Shown piece after piece: positions 41,281-54,666 of a stretch of 64,000 nucleotides of DNA (within the stretch, counting starts at the first letter, position 1; the number at the start of each line of letters is the position of its first letter). Source of the DNA: Octopus sinensis (lineage: Eukaryota). The notes below the pieces were generated by a model, which was not told the DNA's origin, searched no databases, and saw nothing but the letters and a program-made list of their open reading frames with translations. The position numbers and the translations under genes are program-made. The stretch lies in NCBI RefSeq assembly GCF_006345805.1, contig NC_042998.1, forward strand, positions 168,206,001-168,270,000, given 5' to 3'.

Positions 41281-43322
41281 CACTTCAACCCCATAAAATT
41301 CGGAAACAACATTTAGAATAAGACACGTGTCAGCATCTCAGCATGACGAGCTGCCTGAGGAGCCCATTGAACTTGCCCCTTTGTTCTTTGTATCCTCCCT
41401 CTCCTAACGAAAATTCGGTCCGCCACCAGCCTTGCCAAGTGTTATTAGCCTCGATATCCAACAACCCTTCATGCCCTCTCCACCACCTCCCATCACCACT
41501 CTTTCACCTGTCATCATCACAAAACTTTCAACAGACGTCATTTATTTTCTGTCGTTAAAATAGGAGTCCTGTTGCTCATTCAGTCCTGCATCCATCCTAC
41601 TAGTTAAATCATGTTTCGGAAAGAAGAAAGAAAAAGCTGAAAGAGAGAAAAAAAATCGTTAGGGCCTGTTTTACCTGAGAGCCTTCTTTTTACATTTAAA
41701 CGGTTAGTAAACGGGCGCCCTGTTCTTTTTTTGAAAGGACAAAGCAAATTGACGCGAAATACGTTTCCTAAGTGTTTATTTGTGGTCCCGTTTGTAAGCG
41801 TATGTTATCTTTGTATAGTGTAGAATACAATGTATTTGCATTAACTTGCTTTATTACGTATGGACGTCAGACGGTGAGCTGGTAGAATCTTTAAAACGCC
41901 GGATAAAAAGTTTACAGACATTTCGTCTGTCTTTATGTTCTGAAATCAAATTCCGTCGAGATCGATTCTTTTTAAATATATATATATTTGTCTATCGGAG
42001 TCGATAAAATTAGCACTAGGATCGATGTGATCGAATAGCCTCTCTCTCCTAAATTTTAAGTCTTGTCCTTATCGTAGAATCATCGCGTATGTGTGTACAC
42101 ATAGCCGAGCGCATGTATTTAAGTAATGAATCTATGTCTACCTGGCTTTTAGCTTTTATCAGTCGGCTTTTACAGCAGACTCGGCTGCTCAGCGTGCTAT
42201 TTATATTTTCTTCAAAATCGAAATAGCTGATATTATCAGAGTTACCTAATTAGGCGAGCTGGATGAATCGTTTGTACATTTCGAGAAAATGCGTAATGGC
42301 ATTTTTACGGTTTTACGTTCAAAGGTCAAATGCTGCCGAGGTGGACTTTGCATTTTGTCCTTTCGAGGATCGATAAAATAAATACGAATTAAACACTGGG
42401 CGCGATGTCGTCGACTTACCAGCTCCCACTAAATTTGCTGGCTTGTGTCAAAATTTGAAATCATTATTAGTTATCTCATGTTTGTTGTATTTAAAGTTTA
42501 AATAACCCTACTGGGAGTTTTTGTTCTTTAACTGAAAGGATCATTTTTGTTAATCGAAGTTTTATAATTAACTATATTACATTTAAGAGACTCAACTCTG
42601 CGTGTATTTGACATATTATTCACCATTCCTATTGTTAATATTGTGCCGATGACGTCTATTGAGGCAGAAACACGGGTCAAATGCAGTGTTCTTTAAAAAA
42701 AAATGACAAAACGACAGTTTTTTTTAATGGCATATCAATTCCGAAGAATTTCTCATTCTTGAAATTATCTTTTCATCCGGAGTCGGTCGCAGTTGCCACC
42801 AGGCATTTTTACCTTCCCTGGAAGCAGAAATATTGTCAAGAAATCATGAATTCGCCATGTATGGCATTTCACAGGTCTTTCTTGTCCAAATTCATACCCC
42901 TGGCCGTTCTGAGTTATTGCTGGTAGTTCACTTTTGTTATATTCTGTTATTCCTTCATTCTTTTATTTGTTTCAGTCATTTGAATGCGGCCATGCTGGAG
43001 CACCGCCTTTAGTCGAGCAAATCGACCCCAGGACTTATTATTTGTAAGCCTAGTACTTATTCTATCGTCCTCTTTTGCCAAACCGCTGAGTTACGGCGAC
43101 GTAAGCACACCAGGATCCACTGTCCAGCGATGTTGGTGGGGGGCGGGACACACACACACACACACACACATACACACACACATATATATTTTATTTATTA
43201 CACTATTCTATGACTGAGCGCCCTCGCGTCGTTTCGTTTCGTCTCCTCCAAGTAAGTTTTTATATATAATTATGACACGAAACTCTATAACCCTTTGCTT
43301 GACCTTCCCTTCCTCCTTGTCT

Positions 43323-43422
43323 NNNNNNNNNNNNNNNNNNNNNNNNNNNNNNNNNNNNNNNNNNNNNNNNNNNNNNNNNNNNNNNNNNNNNNNNNNNNNN
43401 NNNNNNNNNNNNNNNNNNNNNN
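43323..43422. other. assembly gap (100 N)
   Basis: N run. Confidence 1.
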
Positions 43423-44837
43423 TCAACAATGGATAGGGATAAGAGTAGAAAATTCTGGGTAAAATAAATTAAATAAAAATAAATAGAATTAAATAGATAA
43501 ATTACATGAATAATAAAAAGAAATATAATGAAAAAGAAGAAAAGGAATAGTTGTCTGAATAAATAGATCAAAATAAATGAAGTAAAAGGTAACGTAATGG
43601 AAGTGTAAACCAATCCACACATAAGACAGAAGTTTGGGTAGAATTTAGTAAACTAAAGGGGTGGTTGCCAGAGATAGGGAGAGGTAGTAGCAACACATAC
43701 TTTGTGTTAAAAAGAAAATTAGCGTGATAAAATAAACTTTGGGGTGAATTAAGTGTAGTCATTTATTGACTGACAGGGGTATCGCTTCGTGATGAAGAGA
43801 CTGGATTTGGCATCGTTTATGTAGGAAAAGTGTGCGGTTGGGTGCGTTAGTGGTAGGAGTTTAACTTTATAAAGCAGGTATACTGAAAAGACTAAAAGAC
43901 AAAAGCAAAGAAAAATGTCTTTGCGCCTGAAATCATCGTTAAAAATTGCTTTCACATAATGTGTCTAGGGCAAGTCAGTAAATAAGGCCTATCCATTCCT
44001 ATGTTAATAGGATAAGCTGAAAACTACAGGCAATGTGCGTAAGTCATACGAAATGACTCAAAAGGAGATCCAAATTAGATTACAAAACTCGTCGCGTGCC
44101 TATCATTGTTCTACGACCGACAATTCCCACTAATACGTATGTAAAACGGGCGGAAACATACTCAACATCCTATGCACCAGATAATACAAATACAAAAATT
44201 CTCACAGACCAATAAACAAAAGTAGTCAAGTAAAATTTACGCACTGAAATATACAAATTCAGACAGGAACAAATGAGCACTAGCTGGGAAATGTAATTCT
44301 CATTTGGTTACTTTCCCAGGAGGTTAAATATACCATGGTCATATGAAGGACAAAAGCTGTCAGTGGTTCGTCTTAAGGCTCCAAAAGCATTATTTTTGTA
44401 GAACTTCTCAATTAGAGATGTCAATATATTCTTTTATTCTCTTACTTGTCTCAGTCATTTGATTGCGCCCATGCTGAAGCTCTGCCTTAAAAGTTTCATA
44501 TATATATGAACTGTTTTTAGAAATTAATTGTGTAAGCAATTACAGGTGATATACATGTGAACACAGAGACAGATAAGAACCGAATCATTAACACCACCAG
44601 GAGATTTTTCCTACTGATTGAGAGAACATGTTTAAGAACTGTAAACATTTCAGTTTAACTCTCGTCGAAGCTGAAACGGTTGGATACATTTTTTAAGAAA
44701 TGCAAAGAATGAAAGTAAAGGCTGTGTCTTCCGCCAAAACAGCATTCATTGACTCAATAAGAAAATGTATTAAAGAGTTTTCATCACAAACTTTCTCCAG
44801 ACCACTTCTGAGTCAATATATTTTATGATAAATACTA

Positions 44838-45252
44838 ATTTCTTTACTACCCACAAGGGGCTAATCACAGAGAGGACAAACAAGGATAGACAAACGGATT
44901 AAGTCGATTATATCGACCCCAGTGCGTAACTGGTACTTATTTAATCGACCCCGAAAGGATGAAAGGCAAAGTCGACCTCGGTGGAATTTGAACTCGGAAC
45001 GTAGCGGCAGACGAAATACCTATTTCTTTACTACCCACAAGGGTCTAAACACAGAGGGTACAAACAAGGACAGACAAACGGATTAAGTCGATTACATCGA
45101 CCCCAGGGCGTAACTGGTACTTAATTTATCGACCCCGAAAGGATGAAAGGCAAAGTCGACCTCGGCGGAATTTGAACTCAGAACGTAACGGCAGACGAAA
45201 TACGGCTATGCATTTCGCCCGCAGTGCTAACGCTTGTGCCAGCTAATCGCAC
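44838..45252 (-). mobile_element. SINE family 1 head-to-tail dimer
   Basis: Two ~182-bp units; the second lacks the first ~50 nt of the head. Confidence 0.85.
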
Positions 45253-45524
45253 TTAAGGCATTTAAGTCCTGTATTTTTTGTTGTTGTTGTTGTTGTTTTG
45301 CGAATACTATTACTGTTGTCTTTTTGTCTAGGTGGATTGTGTTGAAAGATTCATATCTTCATCATCTAACATTCAAGAACGATTGCGACAAAGAGAAAGG
45401 AAATTAAATAGTTACTGCGTAGATATGTTCAAGAACGAAAACCAAACGAAGAAACTACCATGCATTCTTCAATCACTGAGCAAGAAGGGCGAAGAAATAA
45501 TCGGTTAAAATGTAATCACAATAT

Positions 45525-45847
45525 TTTTTTTACGTAGGACACAACTTCTAAGTAACTGATTCTTAAGTAAAAACCTTGAATCTCTAGGCATAACTAGCCT
45601 GGGGTGGAGTTCGAATCATTATGATCATTTTAAAAAAGTTATTATACAATTTGTTGAATTGTTCGACTAGTTAGTTAGTTAGAAAATTAACTAACTAACT
45701 AACTAGTCGAACAATTCAATAAATTGTATAATAAATTTTTTTAAATGATCATATTGATTCGAACTCCACCCCAGGCTAGTTATGCCTTGAGATTCAAGGT
45801 TTTTACTTACGAATCAGTTACTTAGAGGTTGTGTCCTACGTAAAAAA
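45525..45847. repeat. ~320-bp near-perfect palindrome with (TTAG)n/(CTAA)n centre (MITE/foldback-like)
   Basis: Arms of ~160 bp are reverse-complementary with scattered mismatches. Confidence 0.9.
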
Positions 45848-46739
45848 TAAATAAAAAAAACCTTCAAGGTGGTGCTTCAGCATGACTACTGTCAAACGAC
45901 TGAAACATGTAAAAGAATAAAAGAAAAAAATAAAGTTCTAAAATTCTTACAGTTCTGTGTTTTATTATTGTAAAATATCATTTGAAAGGATGTTAAGATG
46001 TTTAAGAGTGATATGATCTACGATATCTGAGCCAGAGTGGTGGTGAAACTATAATTAATGTCTCCAAAATGTAGCAAATAAATTCCTGGATTAGCATATC
46101 TAGCTGAGATATGTATCAAATTCTTTTACAGTAGATTTGTTACTTCACTGTTTCAAGTTGAGTTCAGTGTTATCTAGTGTGATTTTCATTTTTGTGGTTG
46201 ATAAATAAATAGCTGTGAGATATTGATAATCATTATACGAACAATTACCTCCAGTCACAAAATTCTACTGAGCCTTGGAAAAAAAAAATGCCCATTGAAG
46301 TGAAAGGAGTAGTAGCAACTATGGGAGCTCTGTGAGACTTTTGAATTTGATAAGTTTGATGTTCTGTTAGAACATTTGTAATTCGATATCGGAAAAATAA
46401 AAGGGAGAGAGAAAGCGCGAAAAAAAAAAAACGAACTCGAGTAGAGAGGAAACAACAAAGTAATGACGTTCTAGCAAAGCAAAAATATTGGGTGAAGAAG
46501 TTAATACGGTGCCTGTGAGAAGAGACAAGATACTGTCATGAAACAAGATGGGAGGAGGAGGAGGGTTGGATGAGACTACGTGGAGGTGAGAGGCAACCAT
46601 TATAGTTCCGAAAGAAAGCAAAACGAGAATGAAGATAGAGAGATGGGTGTGCTAGAAGCTTTAGTGAGTGATCGGTTGTGAATCAAGTTCATTGCTTTTT
46701 TTTTGCGTCTTAGGGTTAACGAGTCATGTTGAATAATAA

Positions 46740-47520
46740 TAACGTTTCTACCATTTGTACAAGGCCTGAAATTTGGTGGGACGGGTAAGTCGATTACATC
46801 GATCCCAGTGCGTAACAGGTACTTAATTTATCGACCCCGAAAGGATGAAAGATAAAGTCGACCTCGGCGGAATTTGAACTCGGAACGTAACGGCAGACGA
46901 AATACTTATTTCTATTTCTTTACTACCCACAGGAGGCTAAACACAGAGAGGACAAACAAGGAGAGACAAAGGGATTAAGTTGATTACATCGATCCCAGTG
47001 CGTAACTGGTACTTAATTTATAGACCCCGAAAGGATGAAAAATAAAGTCGACCTCAGCGGAATTTGAACTCGGAACGTAACGGCAGACAAAATACCTATT
47101 TCTATTTCTTTACTACCCACAGGGGGCTAAACACAGAGAGGACAAACAAGGAGAGACAAACGGATTAAGTCGATTACATCGACTCCAGTGCGTAACTGGT
47201 ACTTATTTAATCGACGCCGAAAGGATGAAAAGCAAAGTCGACCTCGACGGAATTTGAACTCAGAACGTAACGGCAGACGAAATTCCTATTTCTTTACTAC
47301 CCACAAGGGGCTAAACATAGAGAGGACAAACAAGGAGAGACAAACGGATTAAGTCGATTACATCGACTCCAGTGCGTAACTGGTACTTATTTAATCGACC
47401 TCGAAAGGATGAAAGGCAAAGTCGACCTCGGCGGAATTTGAACTCAGAACGTAGCGGCAGACGAAATATGGCTACGCATTCCGACCGGCGTGCTAACGTT
47501 TGTGGCAGCTCGCCGCCTTC
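46740..47520 (-). mobile_element. SINE family 1 tetramer with 13-bp TSD
   Basis: Four units with ~181-187 bp period. TSD tgttgaataataa at 46727-46739 and 47521-47533. Confidence 0.85.
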
Positions 47521-48039
47521 TGTTGAATAATAAATATGATGCTCGTAACTGCCATTTTATTGGTGAACTTATGATTGATAAAGATTTAAACGGCAGTTCT
47601 TATTTCCATAGTCAGTATAATGATGGAGAAAAGAGTGAATTCCTTACTAAATAATATTTTATTTGGGTGGCACTTTTTTCTGTTATTATCAACATAAAGC
47701 TGCATACACACATACAACTCAGACACAACACGCATGCGCACATATATGATCAGAAAGAAAAGTGCAGAGATCTTGTTAAAGAAATATAAAATCAGCGAAT
47801 ATTGTGTAGCTATAAGTATAGAAATATAGAGAATTTTGTGTTATGAGAGGATTGTAGGCAAGTGCATTTGCACTCACACTCTTACACACCATAGACATTT
47901 AATAAAAAAAATACTTATTAGCGACAGAGTCAGTGTTAATACTGAGAGGTAGTATTTATCCCCACTTAAACGCGGATGTTCTGTTAGAGCAAACTACACT
48001 ATGGTAATTGCGGTCATGCAGTAATACATAAATACACAT

Positions 48040-48286
48040 CTCTTTTACTCATTTACTAGTTTCGGTCATTTGACTGCGGCCATGCTGGAGCACCGCCTTT
48101 AGTCGAACAAATCGACCCCAGGACTTATTCTTTGTAAGCCTAGTACTTATTCTATCGGTGTCTTTTGCCGAACCGCTAAGTTACGGGGACGTAAACACAC
48201 CAGCATCGGTTGTCAAGCGATGTTGTGGGGACAAAACACCAGACACACAAAACACACAAACACACACACACACACACACACAACAC

Positions 48287-48341
<55 letters not shown>

Positions 48342-49055
48342 ATATATATAAAACTGTAGTGTGTGAGTGTCTGTCCCCTTCGATTTAGATTCCTAACTAC
48401 TCCCACATTTTGCGATGCAGTTTAACCAAATTCGGGTATCTTATAGTCGTGATTCATATCGAGCCCGTCTGCGTATTAGCGCGCGTCTACGATGAGTCTA
48501 CGATTTTAAAAATAATTTAACATAATTTTTTATTCCATTTTAATGCATAATTTTTCGTGTGTCGATGGCGGCGGAGTTGGCGTCCATGGTCACACCTGCA
48601 CCTGTTTGCTTCTCCTCCTTCTTCCCTCCCTCGGGAAGCTGTGGGGAAGGGAGTGTAAGGAAATCAACGTCATAAAGCGTTATCAAGGAGACCAGCGTTC
48701 TTTTAGAACAACGACTTCATGGCTTGAAGACACCAAAACAGAAATGGCTAAGAAAGCCCGAATTCGCATCTATAAGGGAAGTAACTCTCTAAAAATGCTT
48801 ATATAGTTATTTCCCTTACAAACCCGAGCAACGCCGGGCGATACTGCTAGTATATATATATATATATATATATATATTGTATATATATGTATGTATATAC
48901 ATATATACGACGTCTTTCAGTTTCCGTCTACCAAATCCACTCACAAGGCTTTGGTCGTCCCAAGGCTATAGTAGAAGACACTTATCCAAGGTGCCACGCA
49001 GTGGTACTGAATCCGGAACAATGTGGTTGGTAAGCAAGCTACTTTCCACACAGCC
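48040..49055 (-). mobile_element. SINE family 2 interrupted by a Helitron in its internal microsatellite
   Basis: Tail half 48040-48240, head half 48905-49055. Confidence 0.8.
48340..48850 (+). mobile_element. non-autonomous Helitron (same family as 25455-26020)
   Basis: Ends cccgagcaacgccgggcgatactgCTAG|T. The 5' end merges with (TA)n. Confidence 0.85.
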
Positions 49056-49371
49056 AGTTTGTGTATGCATTATGCTTGTGTTTCTATATATCTATGTTTG
49101 TACGTTTGTGTTGTCTATTTTCGAATTCTAATCAACTAATACAACACAACTAACAATATACTAACGTGTCTCTGTTGTACATAAAACAGTGAATTTCCGG
49201 GAGTTTTCTGCTCTGTTAACTCTTATTCAACAGAACCTTTGACTTTCCATTGACGCCCTATTTCTGCTCTTAATACATACACAAACTATATATAAATACA
49301 CAAAAAAAAATCCTTTAACATTTCTTACGCGCTGACACAAGCGCCACATTTACATATATACATACATACAC

Positions 49372-49602
49372 AGGCGGTGAGCTGGCAGAAACGTTAGCAC
49401 GCCGAGCGAAATGCGAAGCCGTATTTCGTCTGCCGCTACGTTCCGAGTTCAAATTCCGCCGAGGTCGACTTTGCCTTTCATCCTTTCGGGGTCGATAAAT
49501 TAAGTACCATTTACGCACTGGGGTCGATGTAATTGACTTAATCCCTTTGTCTGTCCTTGTTTGTCCCCTCTGTGTTTAGCCCCTTGTGGGTAGTAAAGAA
49601 AA
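49372..49602 (+). mobile_element. SINE family 1, full length
   Basis: ggcggtgagctggcagaaacgttagc head, gagttcaaattcc B box, family tail. Confidence 0.85.
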
Positions 49603-49832
49603 AAAATACATACATACATACATACATACATGCATGCATACATACATACATACATACATACATACATACAAGCATGCATACATACATACATACATACATA
49701 CATATGTACGTACATACATACATACATACATACATACATACATACACTTCAGATATGTTACCTCACGTGGACTGTTGGCGATTTTTTCCCTCCTTCTTTC
49801 TTTTTTCCCTTTGGGTTTCCCTGTTTTTTCCT

Positions 49833-49868
49833 GTTACTGAAGAAGAGCTGTCCTCGAAACGTAAAATA
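49833..49868 (+). ncRNA. minimal type I hammerhead motif in ~190-bp element between (TACA)n tracts
   Basis: CTGAAGA a[gag ctgtc ctc] GAAAC GTA. Palindromic acgt stem III; weak stem I. Confidence 0.55.
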
Positions 49869-49954
49869 ATTACTCATCTTCCTCTCACGTTTGTTATTTT
49901 TTCATTTTCTTTTTCTCAGTGTGTTTTTCTAATTGACTACGTACATGCATAAAT

Positions 49955-49985
<31 letters not shown>

Positions 49986-50427
49986 TACACATACATACAT
50001 ACATACATACATACATACATACATACATACATACATGCATACATACATACATACATACATGCATACATACACACACACACACACATACATACATACACAC
50101 ATACACATACATACAAACATACATACATACATACACATACATACATACATAATACATACATACATACATACATACATACATACATACAAACACACATACT
50201 CATACATACATACATACATACATAAATATATACATACATACAAATATACATACATACATACATACATACATACATACATACATACATACATACATACATA
50301 CAAGTGTATGAGTCAAGGTGTAACTAGTGGTTATTTCATATTTCTTTATTGTACTTAAATTTGTTATACAGCTGTTTCCGGTAACCATTGTAAGTTCCTT
50401 ATTGATTGGTTTACTTAGTGTACACAG

Positions 50428-50539
50428 TGACTCTGATGAGGATACCATTAATTCTCTAGGTCTCAACCGATCAGTGGACCGACTGAGTAAAGCGATCAAT
50501 AACGAACATATAATGACTACCGGAAACAGATGTTAGTCA
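50428..50539 (+). ncRNA. type I hammerhead motif with long stem II, in foldback element 50320-50578
   Basis: tgact CTGATGA [~83 nt] GAAA cagat GTT agtca. Perfect 5-bp stem I. An inverted 3'-half copy (GAAACAGCTGTA) lies on the minus strand upstream. Confidence 0.7.
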
Positions 50540-51043
50540 AATTTACTGCAATTAAGAAACATGTAGTAATCATTATTTATGCTTTGTCTTTTATATCACT
50601 CTGTGTACAAGACCAGTATAACAGGGGATAGAAACGTGGGTTTACAGTATCGAGTGGTGATAAACTGTAACCTCGGACCATGCAACAAGAATACGCAGGA
50701 TTCTTTACTAATCTAAAAAAAAATATTGTTAGCCTGATGTATTTATTAACAGAGAGCTTATAAAGTATTTCGCACGAATTTATAATCCCTTGTTAACATT
50801 TCGGGATTCTCTCTTTTTATACTCTTACTTGTTTCAGTCGTTTGACTGCGGCCATGCAGGAGCACCGCCTTTAGTCGAACAAATCGACCCCAGGACTTTG
50901 TAAGCCTAGTACTTATTCTACCGGTCCCTTTTGCCGAACCGCTAAGTTACGGGGACATAAGCACACCAACATCAGTTGTTAAGCGATGGTGGGAGTACAA
51001 ACACAGACACACACATACACACACACACACACACATACACACA

Positions 51044-51098
<55 letters not shown>

Positions 51099-51307
51099 CT
51101 GTTCATTTTTTTTTTTTGCCAAATAAACTAACGCACAATATTTTCGTTTTTCACTCCGTTATTACTGTTCTTATTTTAACTGATGTCCATTGTCCGGAAA
51201 TATTTTGTCACACATTTGTGACCTCTCCAGCTACACTTTCCGTCCTCGTGTATCCTCATGCTCCGCTTAGTCCATTCTTTTCTTCTATGGATGAAATATA
51301 ACACTAT

Positions 51308-51960
51308 TTGGACGTGGATTTTGCGGTGGAGAAGTGCGTGGAGTTGATCAGCGAGAGCGAAGTAGAGTTCCGCAATGACAACACAGAGGAACTGGGCCCC
51401 CTACTTAGACTGACATATGACAATGAATATCTAGACAAACATGACCTTAGAAATATCTGCCCCAGAAGACGTTTAAGAGGTAGGCCACCCATAATTATAT
51501 CTATGGCTAGGAAGGCTCCTATAGAGGGATGGAGCGGATGGACCAGAACCTTACAGAACCCCGAAAACGAATATCAAGTAAAGAAAATGATCGCACATGC
51601 ACTAGGAGCTCGTATAAAAGTTACCCTAAAAGGCCACACGTTTAAGTTTAACAACAAAATATACGCCCAGGATGAGGGGGCAGCCATTGAGGTTAGCATC
51701 GCCGGTGATGTGGCCAACATTTTCATGGTATGGTGGGACAAAAGGCTTAAAGAACGCCTGACACAGAACTACATGTTCATGAACATGTACTCTCGCTATG
51801 TCGATGATATCAACATAGTGGTAAGGGACATCACCAGACTATCTGATGACGGCAGGCAAGCTGAAACTTCGAAATTGCTGTTGACCATTTCTTTGCACTC
51901 AACAAAAATGTATTGAATGACCCTTCACTGCAATATCAAATTGTTTTTATAACTTCTAAC
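51308..51960 (+). mobile_element. Penelope-like reverse transcriptase fragment fused to an HHR-like 3' end
   Basis: FKFNNKIYAQDEGAAI..VANIFM..YSRYVDDI. CTGATGA c[ggc aggcaa gct] GAAA cttcgaa at 51843-51873. Confidence 0.8.
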
Positions 51961-52132
51961 AAAACAACCGTTAATATACACATGTATATGAGAGCGCGGG
52001 GAGAGACAATGACTCAACGCATTTTACTTAATGAGACTAACAATACACTGTCGCTTGCCGTAAGAGTTACAAAATCTATCTAACAATCTATCTATCTATA
52101 TAGCTAGCTAGCTAGCTTTTTTTTATATCTAT

Positions 52133-52227
<95 letters not shown>

Positions 52228-52625
52228 GTTATATCTATATAATATAATTTATATATATATATAATAATATATATATATATATATATATATATGAGATGTG
52301 TGTGTGTTTGTGTGTTTATTGCGTGCGTGTGTGTGTGTGTGTGTGTGTGTGGTGTGAGCGCGTGTGTAATAAAATTAAAGGATAACAGGCAAATAACTGT
52401 ATCGGATCAGATTATATTGTTATACAACAAATACGGTGAATGCATAAGAAAGTTTAGATCACAAGCGATCAATAAAAGTTCCATTCAGAAATATGATATA
52501 CTCCATGAGTAGTCATAAGATAAGTCTATAGTACTGATATGACATACTTCGGTAGGTAATGGCAGATCATCACAGGTAAAACCTTAAAAATGAAAGAGAA
52601 GAAAAGATAAAGTGTACAGATAGTT

Positions 52626-52726
52626 TTTTTACAGCTGTTTCAAGAATAGATGCTTAGTTAACGCAGTGTTCTGCAACCTGTCGGCAACTAGCATTTCAGT
52701 GGCAGTGTATTCTATCGTCGGAGAGA
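52626..52726 (-). ncRNA. hammerhead-like motif (CCGACGA variant) with long stem II
   Basis: Minus strand: CCGACGA t[agaata..tattct]t GAAA cagct GTA. Palindromic acagctgt stem III; stem I decayed. Confidence 0.5.
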
Positions 52727-53129
52727 AGGTGCATTAGGATTCGGCGGGTGATATATATATGAGAAGTGATGGATGCCCAGAAGTGAGCATGGGAGAATAG
52801 AGGTATTATAAATAATGTCAAAGATAGAGGAAGAAAGATGAAAGCGAACACAGGGGACGATAACTAGATTAATTAAGGTCCATAGCTAGAAAAAAGATAA
52901 ATAGAAAGCAATGCCATGCAGTTAAGGGAAGGAGGATACTATATGAGATAGTATGAAAGAGACAAGGCATGAAAGTATATATATATATATATATATACAC
53001 CCATCCATGCATAAATTTACACACACACACACACATACATATATACATACATACATACATATATATATATATATACACGCACACACACGCACACACACAC
53101 ACATACACACATACACGCACGCACACACA

Positions 53130-53160
<31 letters not shown>

Positions 53161-53831
53161 CACCACACACATATATATAAACATAGGATGTTCCACACTT
53201 TACTTATGAAACTAGTGAGGTCAGACGAAGGCCATAAAACCACAGAATAGACTAATGTACGGAATATGAGCCACGTAATAGCGTTAACAACAAATACAGA
53301 AAACATAATTCGCATTTTATGCTTATATAAATTTAAAATACCCGTTAAGTTTTCTGTCCTGTTAAATACTTTACATACATGCATACATACATCTAGATAG
53401 AAATCTTTTATCTTTTACTTGTTTCATCCATTAGACTGAAGCCATGCTGGGTCACGAACCTGAATAATTTTTAGTCGAATGAATTGACTCAGGACTTTAT
53501 TCTTTTGTTGAGCTTGCTACTTATTTTAACTTTCTCTTTTGCCGAACCGCTAAGTTTCGGGAACATAAGCACACCAACACCAGTTGTCGCGCAGTTGTAG
53601 GGAACAAACAGACACAAAGACACACACTACCAAATCTACACACAGGGCTTCGGTCGGCCTGAGGCCGTAGTAGAAAATATTTGATCAAGGTGCCACGGTG
53701 GAACTGAACCCGCAACCTTGTCTTTGTATATGTATGTATGCATGGTATGTATGTGTGTGTGTATGTGTATTATGGTATGTATGTATGTGCGTATGTATGT
53801 ATATATGTATAGATATATATTTATATATATA

Positions 53832-54064
53832 AAGGCGGCGAGCCGGCAGAAACGTTAGCACGCCGGGCGAAATGCGTAGCCGTATTTCGTCTGCCGTTAC
53901 GTTCCGAGTTCAAATTCCGCCGAGGTCGACTTTGCTTTCCATCCTTTCGGGGTCGATAAATTAAGTACCAGTTACGCACTGGGGTCAATGTAATCAACTT
54001 ACTCCCTTTGTCTGTCCTTGTTTGTCCCCACTGTGTTTAGCCCCTTGTGGGAAGTAAAGAAATA
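53832..54064 (+). mobile_element. SINE family 1, full length, TSD-flanked
   Basis: Family consensus; atagatatatatttatatatat on both sides. Confidence 0.85.
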
Positions 54065-54635
54065 TATATAGATATATATTTATATATATATTCATACATA
54101 TAAATATGTAAGTGTATGTGCTGTGTGTGTGCTGTGTGTGTGTGTGCTGTGTGTGTTGTGTGTGGGGGGGTTGTTATGTATGTTTATGAGTATGAATGCA
54201 TTGTTATGCATGTGAATAGTCAAGCTTACTTGAAATCTAATCTAAATTCGAAATATAATCCAGAGCTTTTGAATTCTGTCTGATATTTTATGATTGCATT
54301 TACAAGAAATCATTCAACCGTACAATTGTTGGTACCTCTTTTCTTTGTTTCATGGCGAACAAATATCCCCTTTGCTAAGGCATCCGATACGTAAACCCAC
54401 ATTGCGCACGCGTATTTACACACTTACATACACATACGTACACACACACACATACACGCACATACATACATACATACATACATACATACATACATACATA
54501 CACTCGTACAAGCATTTATACACACCTATGCACACGCAAAAGGAGTGCCATCTGTGCATGAAACACAAAAGTTACGCTTCGTGAGCATGCGTAAATAAAT
54601 ATAAAGATGTGCAGATGAATAGTTACATGTTCGTG

Positions 54636-54666
<31 letters not shown>

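Noticed and set aside
43430-44280. Possible PLE/RTE remnants after the gap
   Set aside because: Only faint motif similarity (e.g. KEIQIRLQNSSRAY); insufficient to annotate.
46740-47520. CRISPR-like regular repeats
   Set aside because: Whole units repeat with no unique spacers; this is a SINE multimer in eukaryotic DNA.
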